Part shown: positions 1-8,965 of the stretch, piece after piece
How positions within the stretch are numbered: the stretch's first letter is position 1
Layout of the letters: each line of letters begins with the position of its first letter
Assembly: GCF_000020225.1 (NCBI RefSeq)
Contig: NC_010655.1
Span: forward strand, 1,200,001-1,232,000
Direction of reading: 5' to 3'
From: Akkermansia muciniphila ATCC BAA-835
Lineage (GTDB): Bacteria; Verrucomicrobiota; Verrucomicrobiia; Verrucomicrobiales; Akkermansiaceae
DNA: 32,000 nucleotides
The notes under the pieces: generated by a model
What the model was told of the DNA's origin: nothing
Seen by the model: the letters and a program-made list of their open reading frames with translations, nothing else
Database searches by the model: none
Made by a program: the position numbers and the translations under genes

Positions 1-227
1 AAGGCAACCTTTTATGAACAGGTATTTTATGAACGTGTGGAGCGATCGTGCGCCGTTACTGCCGTCTTTGGCCTTGTTACGGTTGCGGACAAAGGGTATG
101 GTGCGGCAAGATAACCTGCGCCATTAGACGGCATGATGAATGAAAGCGGTCTGCTGCCCTTCAGGAGACGACCGTTTGCATCCTTCCCGCAACGCCGTTC
201 CGCTGAATAATATAAAACACTACAATA

Positions 228-3200
228 ATGGGAAACTCAATAGACCATGGCATGTTCCGGAAGTCCGTCCTGCTGGCTTTCGGATTGTCCATTTCCTTCT
301 CGGGCTTCGCGCTTGCCGCATCGGAAGAACCGGTTTCGGAGCAACAGGCCCAGGCCGTTGAAGGCGCCAGAAAAATCAATCCTGCCGCCGTGGAAGTGTT
401 GCTTGACAACAACCGCCGGATGACGCTCGATTTTTACGGAGACAATGTTTTCCGGATTTTCCGGGATGACAGAGGCGGTATTATCCGAGATCCCAAGGCG
501 GAACCGGAAGCCCGCATTCTGGCGGACAGTCCCCGGAGGCCGGTTTCCCGGCTGGATGTGGACCAGCAGGGCGATGCGGTTGTCATCACTACGGGGAAGG
601 TCAGGATTGAGATAAATAAAAAGACCTCTCTTTTCAAGGTGATCAATCTGAAGGATCATTCCGTGGTGGTGGAGCAGGCGTCCCCCGTGCTTTTTGGAAA
701 GGGCAAAACCAGCTTTTCCCTGAAGGCGAAGCCGGACGAATATTTTTACGGCGGCGGCGTACAGAACGGCCGTTTTTCCCACAAGGGAAAGGTCATTTCC
801 ATAGAAAACCAGAACAGCTGGACGGATGGCGGCGTGGCTTCCCCCACTCCCTTTTACTGGTCCACCGGCGGGTACGGCGTCATGTGGCATACCTTCAAGA
901 AAGGGCAGTATGATTTCGGTTCCAGGGAAGAGAATCTGGTGAACCTCTCGCATGATGAAAATTATCTGGATGTCTTTTTCATGGTCAGCGACGGGCCGGT
1001 CAGCCTTTTGAGGGATTTCTACCAGCTTACTGGCGCTCCCGTTCTGCTGCCCAAGTTCGCCTTTTACCAGGGCCACCTGAACGCCTATAACCGGGATTAC
1101 TGGAAGGAAGATGAAAAAGGCATCCTGTTTGAGGACGGGAAACGGTACAAGGAAAGCCAGAAGGATAACGGAGGCATTAAGGAATCCCTGAACGGGGAAT
1201 TGAATAATTACCAGTTTTCCGGCCGCGCCGTCGTGGACCGTTACAAGGCCCATGACATGCCGCTGGGATGGCTTCTGCCGAACGACGGCTACGGAGCCGG
1301 GTACGGCCAGACGGATACCCTGGACGGCAATATTGCGAATTTGAAGAGCCTGGCGGACTACGCCAGGAAAAACGGCGTGGAAATCGGTTTGTGGACCCAG
1401 TCCGACCTGCATCCCAAGCCGGAAATCAGCGCTTTGCTCCAGCGCGATATCGTGAAGGAAGTGCGGGACGCCGGAGTGCGCGTGCTGAAGACGGACGTCG
1501 CCTGGGTAGGCGCGGGCTATTCCTTCGGTCTGAACGGTATTACGGACGTAGCCCAGATCATGACTTACTACGGGAATAACAGCCGCCCGTTCATTATTTC
1601 CCTGGACGGCTGGGCCGGAACCCAGCGGTATGCCGGCATTTGGTCGGGCGACCAGACGGGCGGCGTCTGGGAGTATATCCGTTTCCATATTCCCACCTAC
1701 ATCGGCTCCGGCCTTTCCGGGCAGCCCAATATCTGTTCGGACATGGACGGCATTTTCGGCGGAAAGAACCCGTTGGTGAACGTCCGCGATTTCCAGTGGA
1801 AAACGTTCACCCCCATGGAACTGAACATGGACGGCTGGGGAGCCAATGAGAAGTATCCCCATGCCTTCGGGGAACCTTACACCTCCATCAACCGATGGTA
1901 CCTCAAGCTCAAGTCGGAACTGCTTCCGTACGCTTACAGCATTGCGGAGGAATCAGTTTCCGGCCTGCCCATGATCCGGGCCATGTTCCTGGAATATCCC
2001 AATCCCTACACGCTGGGGAAAGCGACGCAGTACCAGTTCCTCTACGGCCCTTACTTCCTGGTGGCACCCGTTTACCAGGAAACCAGGGCGGATAAGGAGG
2101 GGAATGACGTCCGCCATGGCATTTACCTGCCGGAAGGGCAGTGGATTGATTATTTCACCGGGGATTTGTATGAGGGCGGCAAGATTTACAATGATGTTGA
2201 CGCTCCTTTGTGGAAGCTGCCCGTGTTCGTTAAAAACGGCGCGATCATCCCTATGGCGAACCCGAGCAACAATGTCTCGGAAATCAATCCCAATCTGCGC
2301 ATTTACGAACTTTATCCGCACGGCAGCACCTCCTTTGCCACGTATGACGACGATGGCGTGACGGAGGAATACAGAACCGGCAGGGGCGTCCGCACTCTGG
2401 TGGAGTCCAGGGTGGACGGCAAAAACAACGTGACCGTTACTGTTCATCCGGCGGTGGGGGATTTCGACGGCTTCCAGAAAAAGAAGGCCACGGAATTCCG
2501 CATCAATGTGACGCAGAAGCCGTCCGGGGTTTCCGCCAAAATCGGGGGAAACAGCATCAACCTGGCGGAAGCGAATTCCCTGGAGGATTTCAAATCCAGG
2601 GAGAATGTTTATTTTTATGACCGGGCTCCCAACCTGAACAGGTTCGCAACGAAAGGCAGCGATTTTGAAAAAAAGGTGATCGCCGGGAATCCGCAATTGC
2701 TGGTGAAGCTGGCCGCAGCAGATATCACGGCGGCCCCTACGGTGCTTTCCGTGAAAGGGTTCCGGTTTGAACCGGCTGAAAAGTACCGCCTTTCTTCCGG
2801 AGCCCTGACCGCTCCCGCCAATGCTGCGGTGACGGAGGAAAATGCGGCGGCCTATACCCTGAAGCCCACGTGGGACGCCGTCCCGAACGCCGATTTTTAT
2901 GAAATCGAGTTTGGAGGAATGCTGTACACCACCATCAAGGGAACGGAATTCCTGTTTGAGGATTTGGAGGCCGAGACTCCTTATTCCTTCAAGGTGCGGG
3001 CCGCCAACCGGGACGGCCATTCCGCGTGGACGGCCGTCAGCGCGAAGACGAAAGCCAATCCGCTTGAGTTCGCCATTCCGGGAATCGAAGGTGAAACGAG
3101 CGTGGAAAACCAGGGCAGCTCCCTGGCGAAGCTGTTTGATTTCAAGGAAAAGGATGTGTGGCACACGAAGCATGATGCGAAGGCTGTTCCGTTTGACCTG

Positions 3201-4163
3201 GTCATGGACCTGAAAACGATTAACAGGCTTGAGAAGTTTCATTACGTTCCCCGCGAGGACGGCGGCAACGGAACGCTGCTGAAAGGCGCTGTTTATTACG
3301 GCATGGACCGGGAGAACTGGACGAAGGCAGGAACGTTCCAGTGGGATAAAAATGGAGACGTGAAGATATTCGGCTTCAAGGATGCTCCCACGGCGCGCTA
3401 TATCAAGCTTCATGTCACGGAAAGCGCGGGTGATTACGGCTCCGGCAGGGAAATCTACGTTTTCAAGGTTCCGGGTACGGAAAGCTATTTGCCGGGCGAT
3501 ATCAACAACGACGGCAAGATTGACCGGAATGACCTGACTTCCTACATCAACTATACGGGCCTGCGGAAAGGCGATTCCGACTTTGAAGGCTACATCAGTA
3601 ACGGGGACATCAACAAGAATGGCCTTATTGACGCTTACGATATTTCCGTGGTAGCCACCCAGCTGGAAGACGAAGCCGACCAGCCGCAGGAAGAAGCCGA
3701 CAAGAAAGATGAGGAAGAGGATAAGGCGGGAGGGGACGACGAGAAGAAAAAATCCGCCGAGGAGGCAAAGAAGAAAGTCCGCGTGGACGGAACGCTTTTG
3801 CTTAGTGCGGATAAGAAAAGGTATTCCAGGGGAGATGCCGTCAAGGTGTCCGTGAAGGGCCGGAACCTCCGGCTGGTGAATGCCCTGAGCTTCGCTCTTC
3901 CGTATGACCCCAAGGATTTGGAATTCGTGGGCGTGGAGGTGAAGAACATGAAGAACATGGAGAACCTGACGAACGACAGGCTTCATACGAACGGGACCAA
4001 GGCCCTGTACCCCACCTTCGTCAACATCGGAGACAAAGAGCCTGTGGAAGGAACCTCCGAACTGTTTGTGCTGAAATTCAAGGCTCGTCGCGATATGAAG
4101 TTCCAGCCGAAGCTCACGGACGGCATGGTGGTGGATAAAAAGCTGAACACCAAAAAATTGTAA
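228..4163 (+). CDS. Secreted multidomain glycoside hydrolase family 31 (GH31) protein with FN3-like, F5/8 type C (discoidin/CBM32-like), dockerin-like and cohesin-like modules
   Basis: 1311-aa ORF with an ATG start. N-terminal signal-like segment FRKSVLLAFGLSISFSGFALAAS. GH31-type core motifs (VLKTDVAWVG, IWSGDQTGG). FN3-like segment (TWDAVPNADFYEIEF...YSFKVRAANRDG). Discoidin-like segment (RYIKLHVTESAG...EIYVF). Two dockerin-type repeats (DINNDGKIDRNDL, DINKNGLIDAYDI). The start could instead be Met9 at 252. Confidence 0.85.
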   Translation: MGNSIDHGMFRKSVLLAFGLSISFSGFALAASEEPVSEQQAQAVEGARKINPAAVEVLLDNNRRMTLDFYGDNVFRIFRDDRGGIIRDPKAEPEARILADSPRRPVSRLDVDQQGDAVVITTGKVRIEINKKTSLFKVINLKDHSVVVEQASPVLFGKGKTSFSLKAKPDEYFYGGGVQNGRFSHKGKVISIENQNSWTDGGVASPTPFYWSTGGYGVMWHTFKKGQYDFGSREENLVNLSHDENYLDVFFMVSDGPVSLLRDFYQLTGAPVLLPKFAFYQGHLNAYNRDYWKEDEKGILFEDGKRYKESQKDNGGIKESLNGELNNYQFSGRAVVDRYKAHDMPLGWLLPNDGYGAGYGQTDTLDGNIANLKSLADYARKNGVEIGLWTQSDLHPKPEISALLQRDIVKEVRDAGVRVLKTDVAWVGAGYSFGLNGITDVAQIMTYYGNNSRPFIISLDGWAGTQRYAGIWSGDQTGGVWEYIRFHIPTYIGSGLSGQPNICSDMDGIFGGKNPLVNVRDFQWKTFTPMELNMDGWGANEKYPHAFGEPYTSINRWYLKLKSELLPYAYSIAEESVSGLPMIRAMFLEYPNPYTLGKATQYQFLYGPYFLVAPVYQETRADKEGNDVRHGIYLPEGQWIDYFTGDLYEGGKIYNDVDAPLWKLPVFVKNGAIIPMANPSNNVSEINPNLRIYELYPHGSTSFATYDDDGVTEEYRTGRGVRTLVESRVDGKNNVTVTVHPAVGDFDGFQKKKATEFRINVTQKPSGVSAKIGGNSINLAEANSLEDFKSRENVYFYDRAPNLNRFATKGSDFEKKVIAGNPQLLVKLAAADITAAPTVLSVKGFRFEPAEKYRLSSGALTAPANAAVTEENAAAYTLKPTWDAVPNADFYEIEFGGMLYTTIKGTEFLFEDLEAETPYSFKVRAANRDGHSAWTAVSAKTKANPLEFAIPGIEGETSVENQGSSLAKLFDFKEKDVWHTKHDAKAVPFDLVMDLKTINRLEKFHYVPREDGGNGTLLKGAVYYGMDRENWTKAGTFQWDKNGDVKIFGFKDAPTARYIKLHVTESAGDYGSGREIYVFKVPGTESYLPGDINNDGKIDRNDLTSYINYTGLRKGDSDFEGYISNGDINKNGLIDAYDISVVATQLEDEADQPQEEADKKDEEEDKAGGDDEKKKSAEEAKKKVRVDGTLLLSADKKRYSRGDAVKVSVKGRNLRLVNALSFALPYDPKDLEFVGVEVKNMKNMENLTNDRLHTNGTKALYPTFVNIGDKEPVEGTSELFVLKFKARRDMKFQPKLTDGMVVDKKLNTKKL

Positions 4164-4347
4164 TTTAACATCCTGATACGGCTCCATGCCCGGCCAAACG
4201 GCGGCCGCGCATGGAGTCTGCCGTTCCGGCGGAGTGTTTCCGCAGTATTCATCGCTGTGGAGCGGTGTTCTTCCGCGTGTTTCGAAAAATCCGGACGGAG
4301 CGGCGACGCGGAAATATTTTCCTGCCTCGCGTTTCCGGCGGAGCGTG

Positions 4348-5757
4348 ATGCAATGGGGCTATCTTAACAGGCGGATGAACCGTTTTTTTCTGGCGCGACC
4401 GGTCTTTTCCCTTATGTTGGGGGCACCAGACAGGCCCCACGATGCCATGACCGGCCCCGGACTCATCTCCTTGTTCTGTTTTTTGATAACGGCCGCCTAT
4501 TTTTTGCGCGGCGGGATGTGTGCGGGCGTTGTTTTGTGCATGGGCTTGGCGTTTTTTTCATTTTCCCGTCGCGGCTGGCTTCGCAGGAGCGTCACGTTTC
4601 TGCTGCAGGTTTCCCTGCTTTTCTGGGGGGCGGAAGCCTGGCGTCTGGCCAGGCTGTGGATGATGGAAGGGGGGCCTTTCCTGTTCTGGACTTCCATTCC
4701 GGCTGCCGCGCTGTTGCTTCATGCGGCGGCCATTCTATGGCGGAGGCGCGGAGAAAAGAATTTGCCCGTCCCGGAGCTGGCCCGCAGCCGCGTATTTTCC
4801 GTTTCCGTATTGCTTCTGTTTTTGCTGGATGCGCTGGTTCCTTTCCGTTTGCTGATGGGGGAGCGCATCTTGCCGTGGCAGGGGGCTAATGGGCTGGCGA
4901 TTCTTCTCCTGGCCTGGTGGGGCGGCTATTGCGCGGAAGGTTTGTTGAATCCGCAGACGTCTCCGCGCAGGCGGCAGGTGATGTGGACCGTGTTTGCCTC
5001 CGCTTTTTTTCTCCAGTTTCTGCTGGGAGTGACGGTGGCTCCCTCCCTGTTGATGACGGGGAAGCTCCATATTCCCGTGCCGTTTATGATGATTTCCGGC
5101 CCGGTTTATCGGGAAGAAGGTTTTTTCATGCTGGCATTGTTCAGCGTATCCGTCCTTATGGCCGGGAGTTCCTGGTGCAGCCATTTGTGCTACTTCGGGG
5201 TGTGGGACTGCCTGGCCGCCGCTTCTTCCCGCAGGAAGGGGCATCCGGTGCCGGGTGGGAAAAAAGCCTGTGACTGGAGGTGGTTTTCCCTTGCCGCGGC
5301 AGTAGGGATTCCCCTCCTTTTGTCCGTGTGGGGCGTTCCGCTGGGGTATGCCCTGGCGGCGGCGTTCGCCGTAGCTCTCACGGCTCCATTTGCCTGGAAG
5401 AGAAGTTCCGAAAACGGTGTGCGGGAATATTGCAGCAGGTTCTGCCCCATGGGGCTGGCCGCCAGTTTGCTGGGCAGGCTGTCCCCGTGGCGCATGCGCG
5501 TCAGGGAGACATGCACCGGGTGCATGCGGTGCGCCTCCGCCTGCCGTGATCTCGCCATCTCGCGCGGGGGCGGGGCCTGCCGCATTTCCCGGCGCTGCAC
5601 CTTGTGCCGCGACTGTATTTCCCGGTGTCCGCATGGCGCTTTGAGCCTCGGCATGGCCGGCCCCTTTTCCTCTGTGCCGTCCGTGCGGGCGGATATGTAT
5701 TTTGTAACGCTGGTTTCCGTCATGCATGTGGTCTTCCTGGCCACGGCTCGAATCTGA
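4348..5757 (+). CDS. Integral-membrane polyferredoxin (NapH/MauN-like 4Fe-4S binding protein)
   Basis: Many hydrophobic helices. Two membrane-proximal CxxxC motifs (CSHLCYFG, CSRFCPMG). Two C-terminal ferredoxin-type clusters (CTGCMRCASAC, CTLCRDCISRCP). The ORF opens at 4186, but its first ~55-90 codons are basic and non-membrane-like. The true start (4348, 4375, 4414 or 4447) is uncertain. Confidence 0.6.
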   Translation: MQWGYLNRRMNRFFLARPVFSLMLGAPDRPHDAMTGPGLISLFCFLITAAYFLRGGMCAGVVLCMGLAFFSFSRRGWLRRSVTFLLQVSLLFWGAEAWRLARLWMMEGGPFLFWTSIPAAALLLHAAAILWRRRGEKNLPVPELARSRVFSVSVLLLFLLDALVPFRLLMGERILPWQGANGLAILLLAWWGGYCAEGLLNPQTSPRRRQVMWTVFASAFFLQFLLGVTVAPSLLMTGKLHIPVPFMMISGPVYREEGFFMLALFSVSVLMAGSSWCSHLCYFGVWDCLAAASSRRKGHPVPGGKKACDWRWFSLAAAVGIPLLLSVWGVPLGYALAAAFAVALTAPFAWKRSSENGVREYCSRFCPMGLAASLLGRLSPWRMRVRETCTGCMRCASACRDLAISRGGGACRISRRCTLCRDCISRCPHGALSLGMAGPFSSVPSVRADMYFVTLVSVMHVVFLATARI

Positions 5758-6018
5758 TTTTATGTTGCCATGAGAGATTCCTGCTCCCTGGAGTATCCGT
5801 TTTGCGGAGGATGGATGGCATCTGTCCATTAGGAGGCTTTTTCAGAGCTGCCGTCAGAGGGATTCAGGCAGCGGTGCAGGAGGGGGACGGCCCTGAATTC
5901 ATGGAACGGCATGGTTCCCTCTTCCCATCCGAAAGAGTGGATTTTGGTTTCAGAAGGTCATTTTTGTTATTCATTGAGAGATTTATTGATGATTTAAAGT
6001 TTTTGTTATGATTTTTGA

Positions 6019-6504
6019 ATGACCGTTCAATTTATTAAAGTCACTAAAAAAGATAGGGTCTGCTATGCTCCGGTGCCGGAGCCGTTGGAAGAGGGGGATA
6101 AGCTGGAAATCATGGAAATGAAGGATGAAGCCCTTTTCCCGCCGGCAGGGAAAAACGCAAGGATTTCCCTATCCAGGAATCCCATGGTATTCGTGAAAAT
6201 GAATGACGGATTCCAGCGCATCCTGATGAAGAATATCCTGTATGTGGAGGCGGGCGGAAGTTATTGCACGCTGCACGTGCACGGCATGCCGGCTATCCTG
6301 GTATCCGCTCCGCTGGCGCGGGTATCCGAGCATCTGGATGGGGAATATTTTATCCGCGTGCACCGTTCCTACCTGGTTAACAAGCTGCATATAGAATCCA
6401 TTGCGGGCAACTTCCTCCAGGTGGGCGTCGTTGCCATTCCCATCAGCAAATTCATGAAGAAAAAAGTGCTGGGCAGTTTGAACATGCTGTCGTTTTCCAA
6501 ATAA
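6019..6504 (+). CDS. Stand-alone LytTR-family DNA-binding protein (no receiver domain)
   Basis: 161 aa. The C-terminal ~95 aa match the LytTR pattern (ILYVEAGGSYCTLHV...FIRVHRSYLVNKLHIESI...IPISKFMKKKV). The N-terminal ~65 aa are not a CheY-like receiver. AT-rich upstream region. Confidence 0.8.
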   Translation: MTVQFIKVTKKDRVCYAPVPEPLEEGDKLEIMEMKDEALFPPAGKNARISLSRNPMVFVKMNDGFQRILMKNILYVEAGGSYCTLHVHGMPAILVSAPLARVSEHLDGEYFIRVHRSYLVNKLHIESIAGNFLQVGVVAIPISKFMKKKVLGSLNMLSFSK

Positions 6505-6663
6505 GTTCCGGCCTGCCGCACGGGCTCCTGCGGCGTTCCGGGAAAGCGAAATGGAACGGCCGGAAAGGCGGGATGGAAGCAGAAACGGAATGGCCGCATC
6601 ATTCACGACGTCGCCGGAAGGCGGCATATCAATGAATCTAAACCAGAAATAGAAATTAAATAT

Positions 6664-7503
6664 ATGGCAATTGACAGATCAGCAGCAGAAGCGGCGACTT
6701 CCTCCCTGCAGTCGCTGCCTTTCGGCAACATCATCGGCGGTCCCCTGGTCGCCTGTGTGGAAGCACAGGCCCAGGCGGCCCGGACTTCCTGGGAATTCAT
6801 CCAGAACGTGGGCCTGTACGCGGATGGGGAAGAGAAGAAGACGGTGAACGTTTCCTTCCAGTTCATCAAGGACGGCCGCATGGCTCAGATTACGGTTCCC
6901 CTTCTGACCATCGTCCCCATTCCCTATATCGCCATTAACTCCATCGACATCAATTTCAAGGCGAATATCAGCGCGTCCGCCGCCAGTACGGAGACGGAAA
7001 ATTCCTCCAGTTCCGTAGACACCAGCGTTTCCGCCTCTGCAAGGTGCTTTTGGGCGCGCGGCAGCATGAATGCCAGCTATTCCAGCAAAAAGGACTCCTC
7101 TGCGACCAGGGATTCCAAATACAGCGTGGAATACACCATGGACGTAGCCGTCCATGCCGGACAGGACAGTATGCCTGCCGGGATGGCCAAGGTGCTGGAG
7201 ATGCTGAACAATAGCATTTCCGTCGTTTCTCCGGAAGGGTTCCTGGACGTGCAGCATGCCATCCAGGACGACGGAACCGTGAAATTGATAACCTCCTACA
7301 AAAACAGGGAGGGGCTGTTTGACCCGGAAGCCATCACCCTGCGGATAGGCGAAGCGACGGAAATATTTGAAAACGGTGCGGGGAATGAAGCCAGGATTGT
7401 GAAAACGGATTCCGGCAAGGAATACACACTTTCCAGGGAAGACGCCAGAAACTGCACGGTGAGCGCTGGAGAACTCAAGAGGAAGGTGGCTGTAGGCGCC
7501 TGA
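6664..7503 (+). CDS. Hypothetical protein, paralog A of a three-member family (DUF2589-like from memory)
   Basis: 279 aa, ATG start. N-terminal helix motif IIGGPLVACVEAQAQAA, then a beta-hairpin motif ITVPLLTIVPIPYIAINSIDINFKANI. A Ser/Thr-rich loop follows, then MDVAVHAGQDSMPAGMAKVLEML. The antisense ORF 6679..7515 is R/G/H-rich, typical of a shadow frame. Confidence 0.75.
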   Translation: MAIDRSAAEAATSSLQSLPFGNIIGGPLVACVEAQAQAARTSWEFIQNVGLYADGEEKKTVNVSFQFIKDGRMAQITVPLLTIVPIPYIAINSIDINFKANISASAASTETENSSSSVDTSVSASARCFWARGSMNASYSSKKDSSATRDSKYSVEYTMDVAVHAGQDSMPAGMAKVLEMLNNSISVVSPEGFLDVQHAIQDDGTVKLITSYKNREGLFDPEAITLRIGEATEIFENGAGNEARIVKTDSGKEYTLSREDARNCTVSAGELKRKVAVGA

Positions 7504-7541
7504 TAACCGAACCATAGCGATTTCTCCTCCATTCCAGAGCC

Positions 7542-8348
7542 ATGTCCCGTCTTAATCTCATCGTGGAATCCCTGCTGAAGGACATTATTGAAGCGCAGCA
7601 TGCGGCAAACTGCCACGCGGCATCACTGGCGCGCCAGTATGGGAAGAGAGGCCGTGCGTGCGGTTTCCCGCTTCCCAGCGCCCAGATAGGCTCCCTGGAA
7701 TTCGATTTGAAATATGCGGTGACGGGAACTTCCGGGGTGGAGGAGAAACAGGTTGCGGACACGGAGCAGTGGAGCCTGTTCCGGCAGGAACTGGAAGAGC
7801 GCGTGCCGGCGTTTGCCATCCGTTCCATTGTGATGGCCGTGGTGCATTCCAGCCTTCCGGACGACGAAGCGAGAAGCGACTTCTCAAGCCTGCTGGCCAG
7901 GGAGGAACAGTGGAAAAAGAATTTCTGCTCCTACCTGGGGAAGAAAATTTCCGCAGCCGTTTCCGCTCATGAGGGCGCGCTCCTGAAGGCGGAACCCGGG
8001 CTGGACAGGGGATTGCTGCTGGAGCTTCTGGCAGGCGTCGCGGAAAGGGAGTTCATGGATAATCCGGAGCTGGAGGACCTGTTCCAGGGAACCCGGGGAG
8101 ACCCCCTCAGGCAGGAATGCCGCGCCAATCTCCGGGAAGGCCTTTCCTCTTTCTTGGCCGCTCTGGCGGAAAAGTACGTCCTCACCAGGCAGGAAAGCAG
8201 TGTGGTGGTGGATGTGGAAGTAGAGGCGGACAAGCTGAAAAAGATGCCGGAGGAAGCCGTGCAGACCCTGCGCCTGAATATATCCCCTGCTTCCATTCCC
8301 TCCGTTCTGGCGGAGCAGAATGATGTTTCCGGGTTGTCCGCGCAATAG
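7542..8348 (+). CDS. Hypothetical protein, paralog B (same N- and C-terminal signature, helical insert)
   Basis: 268 aa, 38 bp after the previous stop. N-terminus LLKDIIEAQHAAN...FPLPSAQIGSLEFDLKYAV. C-terminus VDVEVEADKLKKMPEEAVQTLRL. Both segments are collinear with the paralog A and C motifs. Confidence 0.7.
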   Translation: MSRLNLIVESLLKDIIEAQHAANCHAASLARQYGKRGRACGFPLPSAQIGSLEFDLKYAVTGTSGVEEKQVADTEQWSLFRQELEERVPAFAIRSIVMAVVHSSLPDDEARSDFSSLLAREEQWKKNFCSYLGKKISAAVSAHEGALLKAEPGLDRGLLLELLAGVAEREFMDNPELEDLFQGTRGDPLRQECRANLREGLSSFLAALAEKYVLTRQESSVVVDVEVEADKLKKMPEEAVQTLRLNISPASIPSVLAEQNDVSGLSAQ

Positions 8349-8354
8349 TGATAG

Positions 8355-8951
8355 ATGATGAGTGATTCTACAAATAATAACAAGGTGAACGGGCACATTA
8401 TGAGCCTGCAGCAGCTGATTTCAGCGCCGCTGGTCGCAACGATTGACGCGGATGCGATGTCCACGGAACGCTACATGAAGCATTTCATGTCCCTGGCCTT
8501 TGAGTCCTACAATCCTGTGGACGGTTCCACCGGGGCGTTGAGGTTGATCAGCTTCAATTTTACGGACAGCGACGCTTCCGGCGGCGCGGAAAAGAAGGTC
8601 AGCGTGCCGCTCGTCAGCCTGGTGACGCTGCCGCTGCTGCAAATCAAACAGGCGGATTTTGATTTTGACATCAATATCATTGACGCCGTAGCCGCCGCGC
8701 CGAATGAACATTTTTCCCTGAACAGGGGAGAGGTGGAGTCCCCCGGCGGAAAAGAGCGGGATGAAGGGCTGAATTTTCGGGCTTCCCTGGCTCCGCAGTC
8801 CGGGAGAGGGGCTTCTTCCTCCCTGCAGGCGAACATGAAAATCCATGTCTCCATGCAGCAGGCTGACATGCCTTCCGGCCTGTCCCAATTTCTCCAGCTG
8901 GCTTCCAGGCCGCATTATGAGGATGTCCCTTCCCGGGAAAAGAATGATTAA
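8355..8951 (+). CDS. Hypothetical protein, paralog C (DUF2589-like from memory)
   Basis: 198 aa, 6 bp after the previous stop. Motifs LISAPLVATIDADA, VSVPLVSLVTLPLLQIKQADFDFDINIIDA and MKIHVSMQQADMPSGLSQFLQLA. Confidence 0.75.
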   Translation: MMSDSTNNNKVNGHIMSLQQLISAPLVATIDADAMSTERYMKHFMSLAFESYNPVDGSTGALRLISFNFTDSDASGGAEKKVSVPLVSLVTLPLLQIKQADFDFDINIIDAVAAAPNEHFSLNRGEVESPGGKERDEGLNFRASLAPQSGRGASSSLQANMKIHVSMQQADMPSGLSQFLQLASRPHYEDVPSREKND

Positions 8952-8965
8952 TTGAAAAAAACGAT

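Noticed and set aside
10-34. 10-bp direct repeat TTTTATGAAC at 10-19 and 25-34
   Set aside because: It is real in the sequence, but it sits at the window edge about 200 bp upstream of the GH31 start with no context. It is too short to interpret and could be chance or an operator whose gene lies outside the window.
237-4187. Two very long antisense ORFs (237..1862, 541 aa; 1953..4187, 744 aa) opposite the GH31 gene
   Set aside because: Their composition is R/G/H/P/V-rich and low in complexity, with no motifs. This is typical of stop-poor shadow frames in GC-rich coding DNA. The plus-strand product has clear GH31, FN3, discoidin and dockerin signatures.
4735-5829. 364-aa antisense ORF opposite the polyferredoxin gene
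   Set aside because: The sequence is extremely R/G/P/H/Q-rich with no hydrophobic core. The sense frame shows TM helices and Fe-S Cys motifs.
5986-6012. TTGATG-N15-TATGAT promoter-like element just upstream of the LytTR gene
   Set aside because: The spacer is short (15 nt), and the element would imply a nearly leaderless mRNA. This is plausible but too weak to call without TSS data.
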